Source of the DNA: Bacillota bacterium
GTDB taxonomy: Bacteria > Bacillota > SHA-98 > UBA4971
Assembly (NCBI GenBank): GCA_033809295.1
Contig: JAPXLY010000002.1
Coordinates: 1 to 58,337, forward strand
Length of the DNA: 58,337 nt
Direction: 5' to 3'
The translations under genes and the position numbers were made by a program. Under the pieces are notes generated by a model. It did no database searches, was not told the DNA's origin, and saw only the letters and a list, made by a program, of their open reading frames with translations. This document shows positions 25,062-35,347 of this stretch, piece by piece; the first letter of the stretch is position 1, and the number at the start of each line of letters is the position of its first letter.

Positions 25062-26672
25062 ATGGAACGAACACAACGAGTCCTGGAAATGAAGGGTATC
25101 ACAAAACAGTACTTTGGCAATGTCGTCCTAAACGATGTTTCTATTGACCTTTATCCCGGTGAAATCCACGCTCTTGTTGGTGAGAATGGGGCGGGTAAGT
25201 CAACTCTCATGAATATCCTTTTCGGCATGCCTGTGATTCATAGCACAGGCGGCTTTTCCGGTGAGGTCCTCATTGACGGAAAAAAAGTGGGATTTATGTC
25301 GCCCGCTGAAGCCATGCAAGCGGGAATCGGCATGGTTCACCAGGAGTTCATGTTGTTGCCGGGATTCACTATTACGGAAAACATTAAACTGAACCGTGAA
25401 ACAACACGCAAGAATGCCCTTAGCAGACTGCTGAAATCTGAATTTCTAGACTATCTTGACGTTCCGGCTATGCGTAGGGACGCTAGGATCGCTCTAGACC
25501 GTCTTGACCTGTCTATTGACGAATGGCTGCCGGTAGCAGGCCTGCCTGTGGGATACATGCAGTTCATTGAGATTGCCAGAGAGGTTGACAAAAGGGAAGT
25601 CAAAATCCTGGTGTTCGATGAGCCTACGGCTGTCCTGACTGAAACAGAGGCTGACCGCCTTCTAGGCTCATTGCGTAGGCTGGCTGCGGACGGAATCGCC
25701 ATTTTGTTCATCACACACCGTCTGGATGAAGTCATGGCTGTGGCAGACAGAATCACAGTCCTTCGCGACGGCGAGACCGTGGCAAAGCTGAATCGGGACG
25801 AAGCAGTCGTTGAGCGAATCGCTGAGTTGATGGTAGGAAGGAAAGTGGAAAAAGTCGAGCTTCCTCCCAGAAAAAAGGAGCCCAGTGACGAAGACATAGC
25901 TCTTACCATAGATAACCTCATGGTGGATATGCCGGGTGAAATGGTTCGCGGCTTATCCTTGACCGTCCGGCGCGGCGAGATCCTGGGTATCGGGGGACTG
26001 GCCGGCCATGGAAAGCTAGGTATCGCCAATGGAATAATGGGCCTCTATTCTGCCGCAGGCAGGGCAAGCAAGAATGGGGATAATATCACGTTGAATTCTC
26101 CTGAGCAGGTGCTGCTGAAGGGGCTCGCATTTGTGTCTGAAGATAGGCGCGGCGTCGGCCTGCTGCTTGATGAGCCTATTGATCGAAACATTGGGGTCAC
26201 TGCAATGCAGGCGCAGCAGAAGTTCCTTCGGCCCTGGCCCCATTTCTTGCCTGCACTGAGGTTAGAGAACCGGGGGGAACTCAGGGCTTACGCAGAGGAA
26301 ATGATACGTAAGCTGGATATAAGATGTCTCGGATCTAGTCAACTTGTTCGGAGTCTTTCCGGCGGCAACCAGCAGAAGGTATGCGTAGCCAAGGCGCTTG
26401 CGCTTGATCCGGAGATTCTGTTTGTTTCTGAGCCGACCCGGGGTATTGACGTCGGCGCCAAGAGACTTGTCCTCGATCTTCTGGTCCGTCTCAATAGAGA
26501 GCATAATGTGACCATAATAATGACTTCCAGTGAACTCGGGGAACTACGCAAGATATGCGACAGGGTCGCTATTGTGTACCGTGGCAGGCTCGCCGGGATC
26601 TTGCCGCCTGATGCCTCCGACGCCGACTTTGGATTGATGATGGCAGGCAGAGTCAGGAAGGAGGCCATCTAG
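25062..26672 (+). CDS. ABC transporter ATP-binding protein with two fused ATPase domains (CUT2 sugar/nucleoside type)
   Basis: Walker A GENGAGKST. Degenerate second P-loop GLAGHGKLG. Signature LSGGNQQK. Walker B ILVFDEPTA and ILFVSEPTRGID. Confidence 0.95.
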   Translation: MERTQRVLEMKGITKQYFGNVVLNDVSIDLYPGEIHALVGENGAGKSTLMNILFGMPVIHSTGGFSGEVLIDGKKVGFMSPAEAMQAGIGMVHQEFMLLPGFTITENIKLNRETTRKNALSRLLKSEFLDYLDVPAMRRDARIALDRLDLSIDEWLPVAGLPVGYMQFIEIAREVDKREVKILVFDEPTAVLTETEADRLLGSLRRLAADGIAILFITHRLDEVMAVADRITVLRDGETVAKLNRDEAVVERIAELMVGRKVEKVELPPRKKEPSDEDIALTIDNLMVDMPGEMVRGLSLTVRRGEILGIGGLAGHGKLGIANGIMGLYSAAGRASKNGDNITLNSPEQVLLKGLAFVSEDRRGVGLLLDEPIDRNIGVTAMQAQQKFLRPWPHFLPALRLENRGELRAYAEEMIRKLDIRCLGSSQLVRSLSGGNQQKVCVAKALALDPEILFVSEPTRGIDVGAKRLVLDLLVRLNREHNVTIIMTSSELGELRKICDRVAIVYRGRLAGILPPDASDADFGLMMAGRVRKEAI

Positions 26673-26674
26673 AC

Positions 26675-27715
26675 ATGATGCAGACACTTAAACGAACTGT
26701 TGAACATATAGGGGTGCCACGGCTCATTATTGCCGGGTTCCTTGTCATCATATTCATCATAGCATACCTAACTGACATGTCAGTGCCTCAACTCATTACC
26801 GACTCTCTTGTCAGAGTCGGGATGAACGGCATACTTGTCCTGGCAATGGTTCCGACGATAAGTTGCGGAGTAGGCCTCAATTTCGGCCTGCCGCTGGGCG
26901 TGCTAAGCGGTCTTGTAGGCGCACTCATTAGTATGGAGAGGGGCCTTACAGGCTTTTCCGGACTGTTCGCAGCTATTGCATTTGCTGTTCCCATAGCAGT
27001 AGTCGTAGGATACCTTTATGCATTGCTCTTGGAAAGCGTGAAGGGCCAGGAGATGATGGTGGGGACTTACGTAGGATTCTCCAGCGTGGCAGTTATGTGT
27101 GTCTTCTGGCTGATGGCACCGTTTAAGAACCCGGAACTCATATGGGCAATCGGGGGGAAGGGGCTAAGGTTTACTTTGACCCTGGGAAACCATTTCGGCA
27201 GGGTTCTCAATAATTTCGTAGTATTCCAATTGTTCGGGGTTAAGATATCCGCAGGACTCCTCGGCTTCTTCTTGTTATTTTGCCTGCTTATCTACTTGTT
27301 TTACAGGACCAAACTCGGTATAGCTATGTTAGCTGCAGGAGCCAATCCCGTATTTGCCAGGTCTGCAGGTATAGACGTGCGCAGAATGAAGGCGGTAGGG
27401 GTTGTTCTGTCGACTGTTCTGGCGGCCATAGGTATAATCGTGTATGCGCAAAGCTATGGATTTCTTCAGCTTTACATGGCGCCTCTGATGATGGCGTTCC
27501 CTGCAGTAGCTGCGATCCTAATAGGCGGAGCCAGCTTGCAGAGAGCGACTATATTCAATGTCATCATCGGCACGGTGCTGTTCCAAACCCTGTTGACCAC
27601 TGCCCTACCTGTTACGAGCAGAGTGATCCAGGGTGACATTTCAGAGGTAGCCAGGCTGATTATTTCCAACGGCATGATTCTTTACGCATTGACACGTTCG
27701 ACAGGGGGTAAGTAG
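26675..27715 (+). CDS. ABC transporter permease (BPD_transp_2 type)
   Basis: Polytopic membrane protein directly after the ATPase. GGAAGGAGG upstream. Confidence 0.9.
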   Translation: MMQTLKRTVEHIGVPRLIIAGFLVIIFIIAYLTDMSVPQLITDSLVRVGMNGILVLAMVPTISCGVGLNFGLPLGVLSGLVGALISMERGLTGFSGLFAAIAFAVPIAVVVGYLYALLLESVKGQEMMVGTYVGFSSVAVMCVFWLMAPFKNPELIWAIGGKGLRFTLTLGNHFGRVLNNFVVFQLFGVKISAGLLGFFLLFCLLIYLFYRTKLGIAMLAAGANPVFARSAGIDVRRMKAVGVVLSTVLAAIGIIVYAQSYGFLQLYMAPLMMAFPAVAAILIGGASLQRATIFNVIIGTVLFQTLLTTALPVTSRVIQGDISEVARLIISNGMILYALTRSTGGK

Positions 27716-27718
27716 CAA

Positions 27719-28849
27719 ATGACACAGAGTTCGGAGCCGAAAACAGTCGAGTCAGGCCGACATGCCGGCTTGGATATACGCCACATAATCCTGACTAACG
27801 GTGTGCCCATATTGTTCCTTGCGCTCTCTATCACGATGGCGATGGTTGCAGGGCTCAATTTCACGTTTCTCCTCAATGAGGTGCTAACCCGGCTTGCCCG
27901 CAACTCTCTCTTGGTGTTATCACTCTTGATTCCGGTTACAGCAGGAATGGGACTGAACTTCGGTATAGTAATCGGCGCAATGGCAGGACAGGCTTCGGTA
28001 ATTGCCGTGACCTACTGGGGCATTACAGGCGTTCGCGGATTCCTGTTAGCTTGCTTGCTCGCCACGCCTATTGCGGCAATCACAGGATGGCTTGCAGGAC
28101 TGGTGCTGAACCGGGCAAAAGGACGCGAGATGATTACCAGTATGATACTGGGCTTTTTCGCCAACGGTATCTATCAGCTAATCTTCCTTTTCCTTGTCGG
28201 GCCGATAATTCCGCTTAAGAATCCGGCAATGCTGCTGCCTCAAGGGATTGGAGTGCGGAATACGGTTGACCTCATTAATATGGCCCAGTCTCTCGACAAG
28301 ATCTGGAGGCCTGTCGTGGGCGGAGTGCGTATCCCCGTTGTCACGCTACTTGTCTCTTCAGGGATGTGCGTGGTTATCGGCTTCCTGATGAAGACCAAAA
28401 TGGGCCAGAACCTGCGCGCAGTCGGTCAGGACATGCACATAGCCGAGGTAATGGGTATCAAGGTGGATAAGACCAGGATCATTGCGATGATTCTTTCCAC
28501 GGTTATTGCAGGCTGGGGACAATTGGTGTTCTTGCAGAATATCGGCACGCTTAACACCTACAACAGCCATGAGCAGGTAGGCATGTTCTCAATAGCAGCT
28601 CTTCTCGTGGGAGGGGCGTCAACCAGGCGTGCTACGATCTTCCAAGCCATAGTGGGTGTTGTCCTATTCCACACTCTCTTTGTGGTCTCGCCCCTGGCAG
28701 GACAGAGGCTTTTCGGAGTGCCGCAAATCGGCGAGTACTTCCGCGTGTTTGTGGCTTACGGGATTATCGCTATTGCGCTGGCTCTCCACGCCTGGCAGGG
28801 ACGGCAGGTTCGGCGGGAGGCTATTCGCGAGGCTATGCTTACGGAATAG
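27719..28849 (+). CDS. ABC transporter permease (second subunit)
   Basis: Polytopic membrane protein, paralogous in layout to 26675-27715 (LVGGASTRRATIFQAIVG versus LIGGASLQRATIFNVIIG). Confidence 0.9.
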   Translation: MTQSSEPKTVESGRHAGLDIRHIILTNGVPILFLALSITMAMVAGLNFTFLLNEVLTRLARNSLLVLSLLIPVTAGMGLNFGIVIGAMAGQASVIAVTYWGITGVRGFLLACLLATPIAAITGWLAGLVLNRAKGREMITSMILGFFANGIYQLIFLFLVGPIIPLKNPAMLLPQGIGVRNTVDLINMAQSLDKIWRPVVGGVRIPVVTLLVSSGMCVVIGFLMKTKMGQNLRAVGQDMHIAEVMGIKVDKTRIIAMILSTVIAGWGQLVFLQNIGTLNTYNSHEQVGMFSIAALLVGGASTRRATIFQAIVGVVLFHTLFVVSPLAGQRLFGVPQIGEYFRVFVAYGIIAIALALHAWQGRQVRREAIREAMLTE

Positions 28850-28970
28850 GCTTATTCGGCAGTGCTGTCCGACAAGGCTGACAGACCCGGACCAATTCAA
28901 TTATGTGGAGTTGTGATTCAGGACGCTCTGCTTCGTGCTGAATGAAGCAGGGCGTTTCCTGTTTCGCTTC

Positions 28971-29783
28971 CTATCCTGAGCCGCGACGAGCGTGCTCCCG
29001 CCTGGAAAGCTCATTTCCAATTATCGCAGCCCCGTATGCCCCTGCGAATTGAGACGCGTCAGGGACCACGACCTTGAGCGAGAGTTTCTTCTCAAGAGAA
29101 AGCCTGACACCTTCGTTCTTACTGACCCCGCCGGTCAAAACAACATCAGGGGTAAGCCCGACTCTGTGAACCATCCCAAGCAGACGGTCGGCTACTGCAT
29201 CGCATAAGCCACGGATTATCGCATCAGGCGCTGTTCCCTTGGACAAAAGGCTGATTACCTCGGATTCGGCGAATACCGTACAAGTGCTGGATATATTGAC
29301 CGGCTTCCTCGCAGCTTTCCACATGCTTCCGAAGTCCAAAAGGGACGTCCCTAACCTTTCTGCCATCACCTCGAGAAATCTTCCTGTGCCTGCAGCGCAT
29401 TTGTCGTTCATAACGAAATCGGCTACCATCCCCTCCTCATCAAGGCGGATGACTTTGGAGTCCTGGCCACCGATGTCAATCACGAGTCCTGCCCGAGCGG
29501 ATAGGGCCTTCGCTCCTCTACCATGACACGTGATTTCCGTTATTGTCCTGTCTGCCGTTTCGACCCGGGCACGGCCATAGCCTGTTGAGACCGTATACAG
29601 AATATCCTTTTCAGTCAGTCCTTTATCACTGAGCAGGCGTTTTATGCACTCTCCTGCCGCAACATTCAGATCGGTTCCGGTGGGCAGCATGAAAGTGGAT
29701 AGGATCTGCCCGTCCAGAAGGAGGACTCCCTTGGTTGCGGAGGATCCCACGTCAATTCCTATGATACATGAGCCTGGTTTCAA
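28971..29783 (-). CDS. BcrAD/BadFG/HgdC-type ATPase (archerase/activator of 2-hydroxyacyl-CoA-dehydratase-like enzymes)
   Basis: ASKHA-fold motifs GIDVGSSATKGV, IDIGGQDSKVI, CAAGTGRFLE, LTGGVSKN. Confidence 0.9.
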   Translation of the reverse strand: MKPGSCIIGIDVGSSATKGVLLLDGQILSTFMLPTGTDLNVAAGECIKRLLSDKGLTEKDILYTVSTGYGRARVETADRTITEITCHGRGAKALSARAGLVIDIGGQDSKVIRLDEEGMVADFVMNDKCAAGTGRFLEVMAERLGTSLLDFGSMWKAARKPVNISSTCTVFAESEVISLLSKGTAPDAIIRGLCDAVADRLLGMVHRVGLTPDVVLTGGVSKNEGVRLSLEKKLSLKVVVPDASQFAGAYGAAIIGNELSRREHARRGSG

Positions 29784-29792
29784 TGTACTGAC

Positions 29793-31106
29793 TCACCTCG
29801 AGTTTCTGATGTTTCGCGCCTCCATAAGCTCGACAAAGGCGCCAAGCCTTGTTAAGGATTGGGCTTCGCCGCTGTTCCTTGCGTCCACCCCGTCTCCGTC
29901 GAGATTCAGGAAGGGGATCCCTTGCTTTCCTAGGTGGTCTGAAAGAATGGAGGCTGCGCCGTTGTATTGCCTGCATCCCCATTGTGCAAATTGCACTACA
30001 CCGTCGATGGAGAACTCCCGTACTATTCGGTTGATAACTTCCAGCCTGCGCTCTATCGGCCCCCATCCGGGATTCGCCATGATCTTTTTGGCCAGGCTTA
30101 CATATGGCTCCCTGGCATCCAGAGGATCCCAGTACATATAGCTGAATTCCTCAAAAGCAATGGAAACCCCACACTCGTCCTCAAGGTAGTCAAAGAGCCT
30201 GGGACTGTAGTAGGGCTTTAAGTTGGACCAGGCAATCCTGAACCGTTCACCCCTTACGGGATACTTACCTGATCTGACAATGTCCCCGGCATGTTCGGCA
30301 AGAGCCTGATAGAACTTGGGAAGCCACCGGCTTCCCCATGACCAGAGAAACAACACTACGTAGCTCAATGCTTCCCGCCCTCGCCATGGAGACGGGATGT
30401 TGGCCCGTAGATTACAGAGATCGAGATAGTGGCTACGAGCAGCGTTTGAGTATGTGACAGCCTTGTCCATGTGATCCCCGGATAGGCCCGGCACCTCATG
30501 TTCCAAGCTACGCGCGACCTCCTCTATCTGTCTCGCCAACCTGTCCAGCGACTGAAGAGAATTCGTATAGGGTACGTCCAGAATGTAGAAAGGACAATCG
30601 TGATACCGGCTTATCTGATATAAGGATCGTTTGCCCCCGTCGCAAAGATGTGATGATACGACTACCGCAGCAGGCTTAGGTGCGAGTCCGAGGACTGAAA
30701 CTCCCACTCCTGCCCTGTGGAAGCTACAGAGATCCGGGGAATACCATAGAGATTCACATGCTGCAAGGCTTTCGCCGGCAAATCCGAAACTCGCTGCGAA
30801 TCCTGATGCAGCCTCAGGCAGAAAAGGCACCCCTCCCAGGCCGTAGATGAGTTCGTTCGGGACAAACGCGCTTGTGAAGATGCAGGGTTTTTCCCTCAGG
30901 TACGCGTGCTTGAAATCGTCTGCAAAGGACCGGATGGCATCAATCTGATGAGGCGCCCCACCTCGCCTTTCCATACGGTTAATTACCAGTCTGGCTGCGC
31001 TGTGAACCCAGCTCTTCCGTGCAAGCGTCCGGATGGTCTTGATACGCCGGGTTTCGCCCGCTATTTTCAGGTGTGATTTCCCTCTCCTGACTTCTCCCGG
31101 TGCCAT
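29793..31106 (-). CDS. 2-hydroxyacyl-CoA dehydratase family protein (BcrC/BadD/HgdB-like subunit)
   Basis: Family-typical length and Cys-containing segments (FTSAFVPNELIYGLGG, DLCSFHRAG, HLCDGGKRS, FAQWGCRQY). The start is not verified. Confidence 0.75.
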   Translation of the reverse strand: MAPGEVRRGKSHLKIAGETRRIKTIRTLARKSWVHSAARLVINRMERRGGAPHQIDAIRSFADDFKHAYLREKPCIFTSAFVPNELIYGLGGVPFLPEAASGFAASFGFAGESLAACESLWYSPDLCSFHRAGVGVSVLGLAPKPAAVVVSSHLCDGGKRSLYQISRYHDCPFYILDVPYTNSLQSLDRLARQIEEVARSLEHEVPGLSGDHMDKAVTYSNAARSHYLDLCNLRANIPSPWRGREALSYVVLFLWSWGSRWLPKFYQALAEHAGDIVRSGKYPVRGERFRIAWSNLKPYYSPRLFDYLEDECGVSIAFEEFSYMYWDPLDAREPYVSLAKKIMANPGWGPIERRLEVINRIVREFSIDGVVQFAQWGCRQYNGAASILSDHLGKQGIPFLNLDGDGVDARNSGEAQSLTRLGAFVELMEARNIRNSR

Positions 31107-31112
31107 CCGTCG

Positions 31113-32219
31113 CTACCTGCCTTCAAGCATTTCTCTAAACGCTTCTATCCGTGTCAGGGCCTGGCCTGTCTTTCCCACTCCATATTGACCTTCAAGGAGA
31201 AGAGCAGGGAGCCTGCCTAGAGTTTTAAGGCCGTGTTTTATCTCTATGAAATCGTAGTATGCCTGGTCACAGAATTTCGGAGCGAAGTATATGAGTCCTT
31301 CGGCACCGTGATCTGATGCAAGCTCATAGACGCGTTCGATCCGCTCTCTTCCTTGAAACATTCGTGGACAGGGTGTTTTACCGAGGTAGGCTTCAGCCAA
31401 TGCATAGAAGGGCCGAGATGTGATCTTGCTGTCTACAACGAAGTCGTACGTCCTTGAGGGGAGGCATGAATCAATAAAGACTACATCTAACCCGGCGTTT
31501 TCGATACAGTCTATCAGTGATAAATCCAGCAAACAGGTTCCGCTGACTCCCACAGGAATCCTGCCTTTCTCGCGGCTGAGGGGAGTGGATTCAGATACTG
31601 TCTGACTTATCATCTCCTCGATTTTCCCAATGAGAGTACAAAACATTCCGGGCTCAAAATCCTGCGTGAAGCAGGGCATGGCTTCAGGGGAATCTTCGGC
31701 GGACCCAAAGCCGGCCAGGATCTGATTGACGCCTATGGCAACTTCAATCCCTCTGACAGCCGAAAGCTGTCTTCGGGACACTAAATCAAAGACATTAGAA
31801 AGCTCCGTGCGGATTTGGTTCATGCAGTTGATAGCGAGCACGAGTTTCTGGGAAAACTCACGGCAGTCGTGAATCTCTCTGTGGAGAAGCCGGGAGGCGA
31901 GGTTTTTCAATTCCTCTGCGTAAAACAAGATTGCATTCGGGTCACGTGTACGTGGAACATCCACAAAATAGACGGTGCGAGCCAGATTCCAGTATCTCAG
32001 CACGTCATAGGCCCTGCGCATTGCATCACAGGACTCAGCGATTGCAACTACGTCGTTATCTTTGTATTGCCGGACAAATGCCCTGGCATACGCGCAAAAA
32101 TCCCGGGGCAGGTACCCCTCCATCGATGGGAGCGGTCCTTCGAATACGACTCTTGCAGCAGGTATCCCGGCTGCCAGAGGTATTTCATATGGTATGTAAC
32201 TGCATGCCAAGTGGACCAC
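31113..32219 (-). CDS. 2-hydroxyacyl-CoA dehydratase family protein (second subunit)
   Basis: ACSYIPYEIPLAAGI start, DFCAYARAF, ESCDAMRR and PKFCDQAYYD segments typical of the family. GTG start with GGCGGAGGTG upstream. Confidence 0.75.
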   Translation of the reverse strand: MVHLACSYIPYEIPLAAGIPAARVVFEGPLPSMEGYLPRDFCAYARAFVRQYKDNDVVAIAESCDAMRRAYDVLRYWNLARTVYFVDVPRTRDPNAILFYAEELKNLASRLLHREIHDCREFSQKLVLAINCMNQIRTELSNVFDLVSRRQLSAVRGIEVAIGVNQILAGFGSAEDSPEAMPCFTQDFEPGMFCTLIGKIEEMISQTVSESTPLSREKGRIPVGVSGTCLLDLSLIDCIENAGLDVVFIDSCLPSRTYDFVVDSKITSRPFYALAEAYLGKTPCPRMFQGRERIERVYELASDHGAEGLIYFAPKFCDQAYYDFIEIKHGLKTLGRLPALLLEGQYGVGKTGQALTRIEAFREMLEGR

Positions 32220-32288
32220 GATAGCACCTCCGCCTACGGTTGTTCGGCCTCAGCGCTTGTTTTGCCAAAGCACCCATTCCCCTTCAGA

Positions 32289-34520
32289 TCATCTCATTGG
32301 ATCGAACCTGCGCAATCTGAGAGAATTCGCAACTACAGATACAGATGAGAAGGACATAGCCGCACCTGCAATCACCGGCGACAACAACCCCAAGGCTGCT
32401 ATAGGTATCCCGATGATGTTATAGATGAATGCCCAGAACAAATTCTGGCGGATAATGGCTATAGTTTGACGGCTCAGCCTGATTGCAGCCGCAATCTGTC
32501 TTAAGTCATTTCGAACCAGGGTAATGTCAGACGCCTCTATTGCGATGTCAGTTCCTGCGCCCATGGCGATACCTACGTCTGCCGCGGCAAGCGCAGGTGC
32601 ATCGTTGATTCCGTCTCCGACCATGGCTACTACCCGTCCTTCACTGCGGAGCCTTTCCACTTCCTTTGCCTTGTCTTCCGGGAGGACTTCTGCCAAGACC
32701 TTTTTGATCCCTGCTTGTTTTGCGATGAAATCAGCCGTGCGGCGATTATCGCCTGTCAGCATCACAACATCGATTCCAAGCTCAAGGAGGTCCAGAATCG
32801 CGTCCTTGGACGTCTCCTTTAGAGTGTCTGCTACACCGACGATGCCCACTGTGCTCCCGTCTACTGCAACGATCATGGCAGTCTTTCCCTGGGACTCCAG
32901 GATGCTTAGATTATCTCTGACACTGCCGGTGTCTATTCCTTGATCTGCCATTAGGCGGACAGTGCCTACCAGTACTTCTTTTGCGTGGACCTGTGCTTTC
33001 ACTCCTTTACCGGGAATCGCCTGAAAACTTGACGGTTCCGCCGGGTTTAATCCCAGGGCTTTGGCATGTCTGACGATAGCCGTCCCCAACGGGTGCTCTG
33101 AACGGAGTTCGGCTGAGGCAGCAAGTGTAAGCATTTCGTCAATTGACGGTTCTTCGTCATCTGATGCGCTGATCGCAACTACACTTACTACTGAAGGCTC
33201 CCCCTTTGTCAGGGTTCCGGTCTTGTCCAGAACAACGGTATCGATTTTGTGAGCCCTTTCCAAATGCTCCGCCCCTCTGATCAGAATGCCTGACTCAGCA
33301 CCTCTCCCGGTTCCCACCATGATGGCTGTAGGAGTGGCAAGTCCGAGAGAACAAGGGCAAGCAATTACAAGAACTGCCGTAAAGGCAAGGACTGCCCGGC
33401 CCGGATCTCCTGTAGTGATAAGCCATGCGGCGAGCGTCACCAGCGCTACAATGAGCACAGCAGGGACGAAGTATCCGGCTACTATGTCAGCTACGCGTTG
33501 TATCGGGGCTTTTGATCCCTGGGCTTCCTCAACCAGGTTGACTATCTGAGCCAGAACAGTGTCTCGCCCGACTTTTGAGGCCCGGAACTTGAGAGCGCCG
33601 TGCTTGTTGACAGTGCCACCTACGACATGGGCGCCCGGTAATTTTTCCACAGGTATGCTCTCACCTGTCAGCATAGATTCATCTACAATGGACGTCCCTT
33701 CGACGACTATGCCGTCAACAGGTATACGCTCTCCGGGCAGCACAACCACAATGTCCCCTTGGACGACTTCCACGGTATCCACTTGGATTTCAGTTCCTTC
33801 TCGAATGACACGGGTTCTTTGAGGGGTGAGTTGTATTAGTCTTCTTATGGCTTCGCCTGTCTTTCCTTTGGCGCGGGCCTCAAAATAGCGTCCTAAGAGG
33901 ACCAGGGTGATGATGACAGCAGATGACTCGTAATACACGTGGCCCGGAGAGACAAAGGTGTGATATACGCTGAAAGCGTAGGCTGCTGTAGTACCCATGG
34001 CGATGAGGGTGTCCATAGTAGCTGTTTTGGCGACGAGCGCGGAAAACGCTCCCCGGTAGAACTGCCATCCTGCGCCGAATTGGATAGGTGTAGCGAGAGC
34101 AAACTGAAAGTATGGGTTTTCCAGCCAGGTGGGGACATGGACTCCGAATAAGTGGGACAGCATTAACGACATGAGCGGCAGGGAGAATACGGCAGAGATA
34201 AGGAAACTACGGAAATGACTCCTCATCTCTTGATGATGTTCTCTCTCAAGCCTGTCCGGTTCGCTTCTTCCATCTTTGGCCGTGTCTATCGCTTCAGCTT
34301 CATATCCTGTATCCCTTATTGTCTGTATTATGCGTGCGACCGAGGTGTCATTAGGGGCATAAGTGACTGTAGCTCGTCCGGTTGCCAGGTTTACAGTTGC
34401 ACTGACAACTCCGGGTGTGTTTTCAAGTGCCTGCTCCACGCGACGGACGCATGAGGCGCAGTGCATGCCGGTAATCCTGAATACCTGCTCTTTTTTATGC
34501 TCATTATTTGCAGGCCCCAT
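32289..34520 (-). CDS. copA: copper-translocating P1B-type ATPase
   Basis: HMA domain GMHCASC, TGES, CPC motif ([11 protein letters not shown]), [15 protein letters not shown]. Confidence 0.95.
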   Translation of the reverse strand: MGPANNEHKKEQVFRITGMHCASCVRRVEQALENTPGVVSATVNLATGRATVTYAPNDTSVARIIQTIRDTGYEAEAIDTAKDGRSEPDRLEREHHQEMRSHFRSFLISAVFSLPLMSLMLSHLFGVHVPTWLENPYFQFALATPIQFGAGWQFYRGAFSALVAKTATMDTLIAMGTTAAYAFSVYHTFVSPGHVYYESSAVIITLVLLGRYFEARAKGKTGEAIRRLIQLTPQRTRVIREGTEIQVDTVEVVQGDIVVVLPGERIPVDGIVVEGTSIVDESMLTGESIPVEKLPGAHVVGGTVNKHGALKFRASKVGRDTVLAQIVNLVEEAQGSKAPIQRVADIVAGYFVPAVLIVALVTLAAWLITTGDPGRAVLAFTAVLVIACPCSLGLATPTAIMVGTGRGAESGILIRGAEHLERAHKIDTVVLDKTGTLTKGEPSVVSVVAISASDDEEPSIDEMLTLAASAELRSEHPLGTAIVRHAKALGLNPAEPSSFQAIPGKGVKAQVHAKEVLVGTVRLMADQGIDTGSVRDNLSILESQGKTAMIVAVDGSTVGIVGVADTLKETSKDAILDLLELGIDVVMLTGDNRRTADFIAKQAGIKKVLAEVLPEDKAKEVERLRSEGRVVAMVGDGINDAPALAAADVGIAMGAGTDIAIEASDITLVRNDLRQIAAAIRLSRQTIAIIRQNLFWAFIYNIIGIPIAALGLLSPVIAGAAMSFSSVSVVANSLRLRRFDPMR

Positions 34521-34535
34521 ATCTACACCCCCGAA

Positions 34536-34805
34536 TTACTTCGCAAACTTAGTGAGGACGTCCATGAGTTCTTCTATAGCTTGTTCATGGTGTTCTTCTC
34601 TTATCGCGGAAATTACGCAACCGCGCATATGCGATTTTAGGAGAGCCATTCCTACCTTACTGAGAGCAGCCCTTGCAGCGATTATTTGGTTCAATATGTC
34701 AATGCAATATCTCTCTTCGTCAATCATCCGGTAGATGCCTCTGACTTGTCCTTCGATTCGCTTCAAGCGCTTTTCCAGATCTTCCTTATTACGCTCTTCG
34801 TACAC
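34536..34805 (-). CDS. csoR: CsoR-family metal-sensing repressor
   Basis: RIEGQVRGIYRMIDEERYCIDILNQI with the C/H/C ligand pattern. GTG start 6 nt after AAGGAGG. Directly upstream of copA. Confidence 0.9.
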   Translation of the reverse strand: MYEERNKEDLEKRLKRIEGQVRGIYRMIDEERYCIDILNQIIAARAALSKVGMALLKSHMRGCVISAIREEHHEQAIEELMDVLTKFAK

Positions 34806-35107
34806 TGTCTATAGCCTCCTTGTTTCGCTCTTCGAACACTGTCCATAGCCTTCTTGTTTGGTTCTTCGTGCTCTTTCCTTATCCTCTCTCATCGCACTCC
34901 TCGAACACTCACCGTTGCCTCATCCATTATGTTCTTCGGAGACTACCTGCAGAATCTTATATTGCGCTGTCCGCGCGCTTTTCAGCTCCTCCCCTTCATG
35001 GCCCGGTAAAGGACGGAACATACTCTCATGCCCTGTTGAAGGGCAAGGGATACTGCCATGAGGTTTAGAGGGCAGCGTAAACTGTCATAATGTGTTGGAT
35101 ACATACA

Positions 35108-35161
35108 ATACCAAGGTAGGGTATCCACCATAAGCATATACTATACCCATAAGAAGGTCAA
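35108..35161 (-). promoter_or_regulatory. candidate csoR-copA promoter with a CsoR-type operator
   Basis: On the - strand: TTGACC (35161-35156), 17 nt, TATGCT (35138-35133), then the inverted repeat ATACC-N7-GGTAT (35124-35108). This resembles the G/C-tract-centred ATACC..GGTAT CsoR boxes I recall. Confidence 0.5.
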
Positions 35162-35251
35162 TCCCCCAGCCGGATGATGTATTACTCGGCACCGTACTCT
35201 CAACCCCCATTGTGTTACTCAGTTGCCTGCTATTGCCGCGGCAAGGCTGAT

Positions 35252-35282
35252 GAAAAAAGCCGATCCTCAATGAGGATCGGCT
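35252..35282 (-). terminator. rho-independent terminator of the 35348-36523 gene
   Basis: Perfect 11-bp stem AGCCGATCCTC/GAGGATCGGCT with a 3-nt loop, followed on the - strand by TTTTTT. Confidence 0.8.
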
Positions 35283-35347
35283 GGAACGTGACTGTTTCGC
35301 TATATATGCCTTAGTATATCGGTATCAACAAGCTGAAGGACATATTG

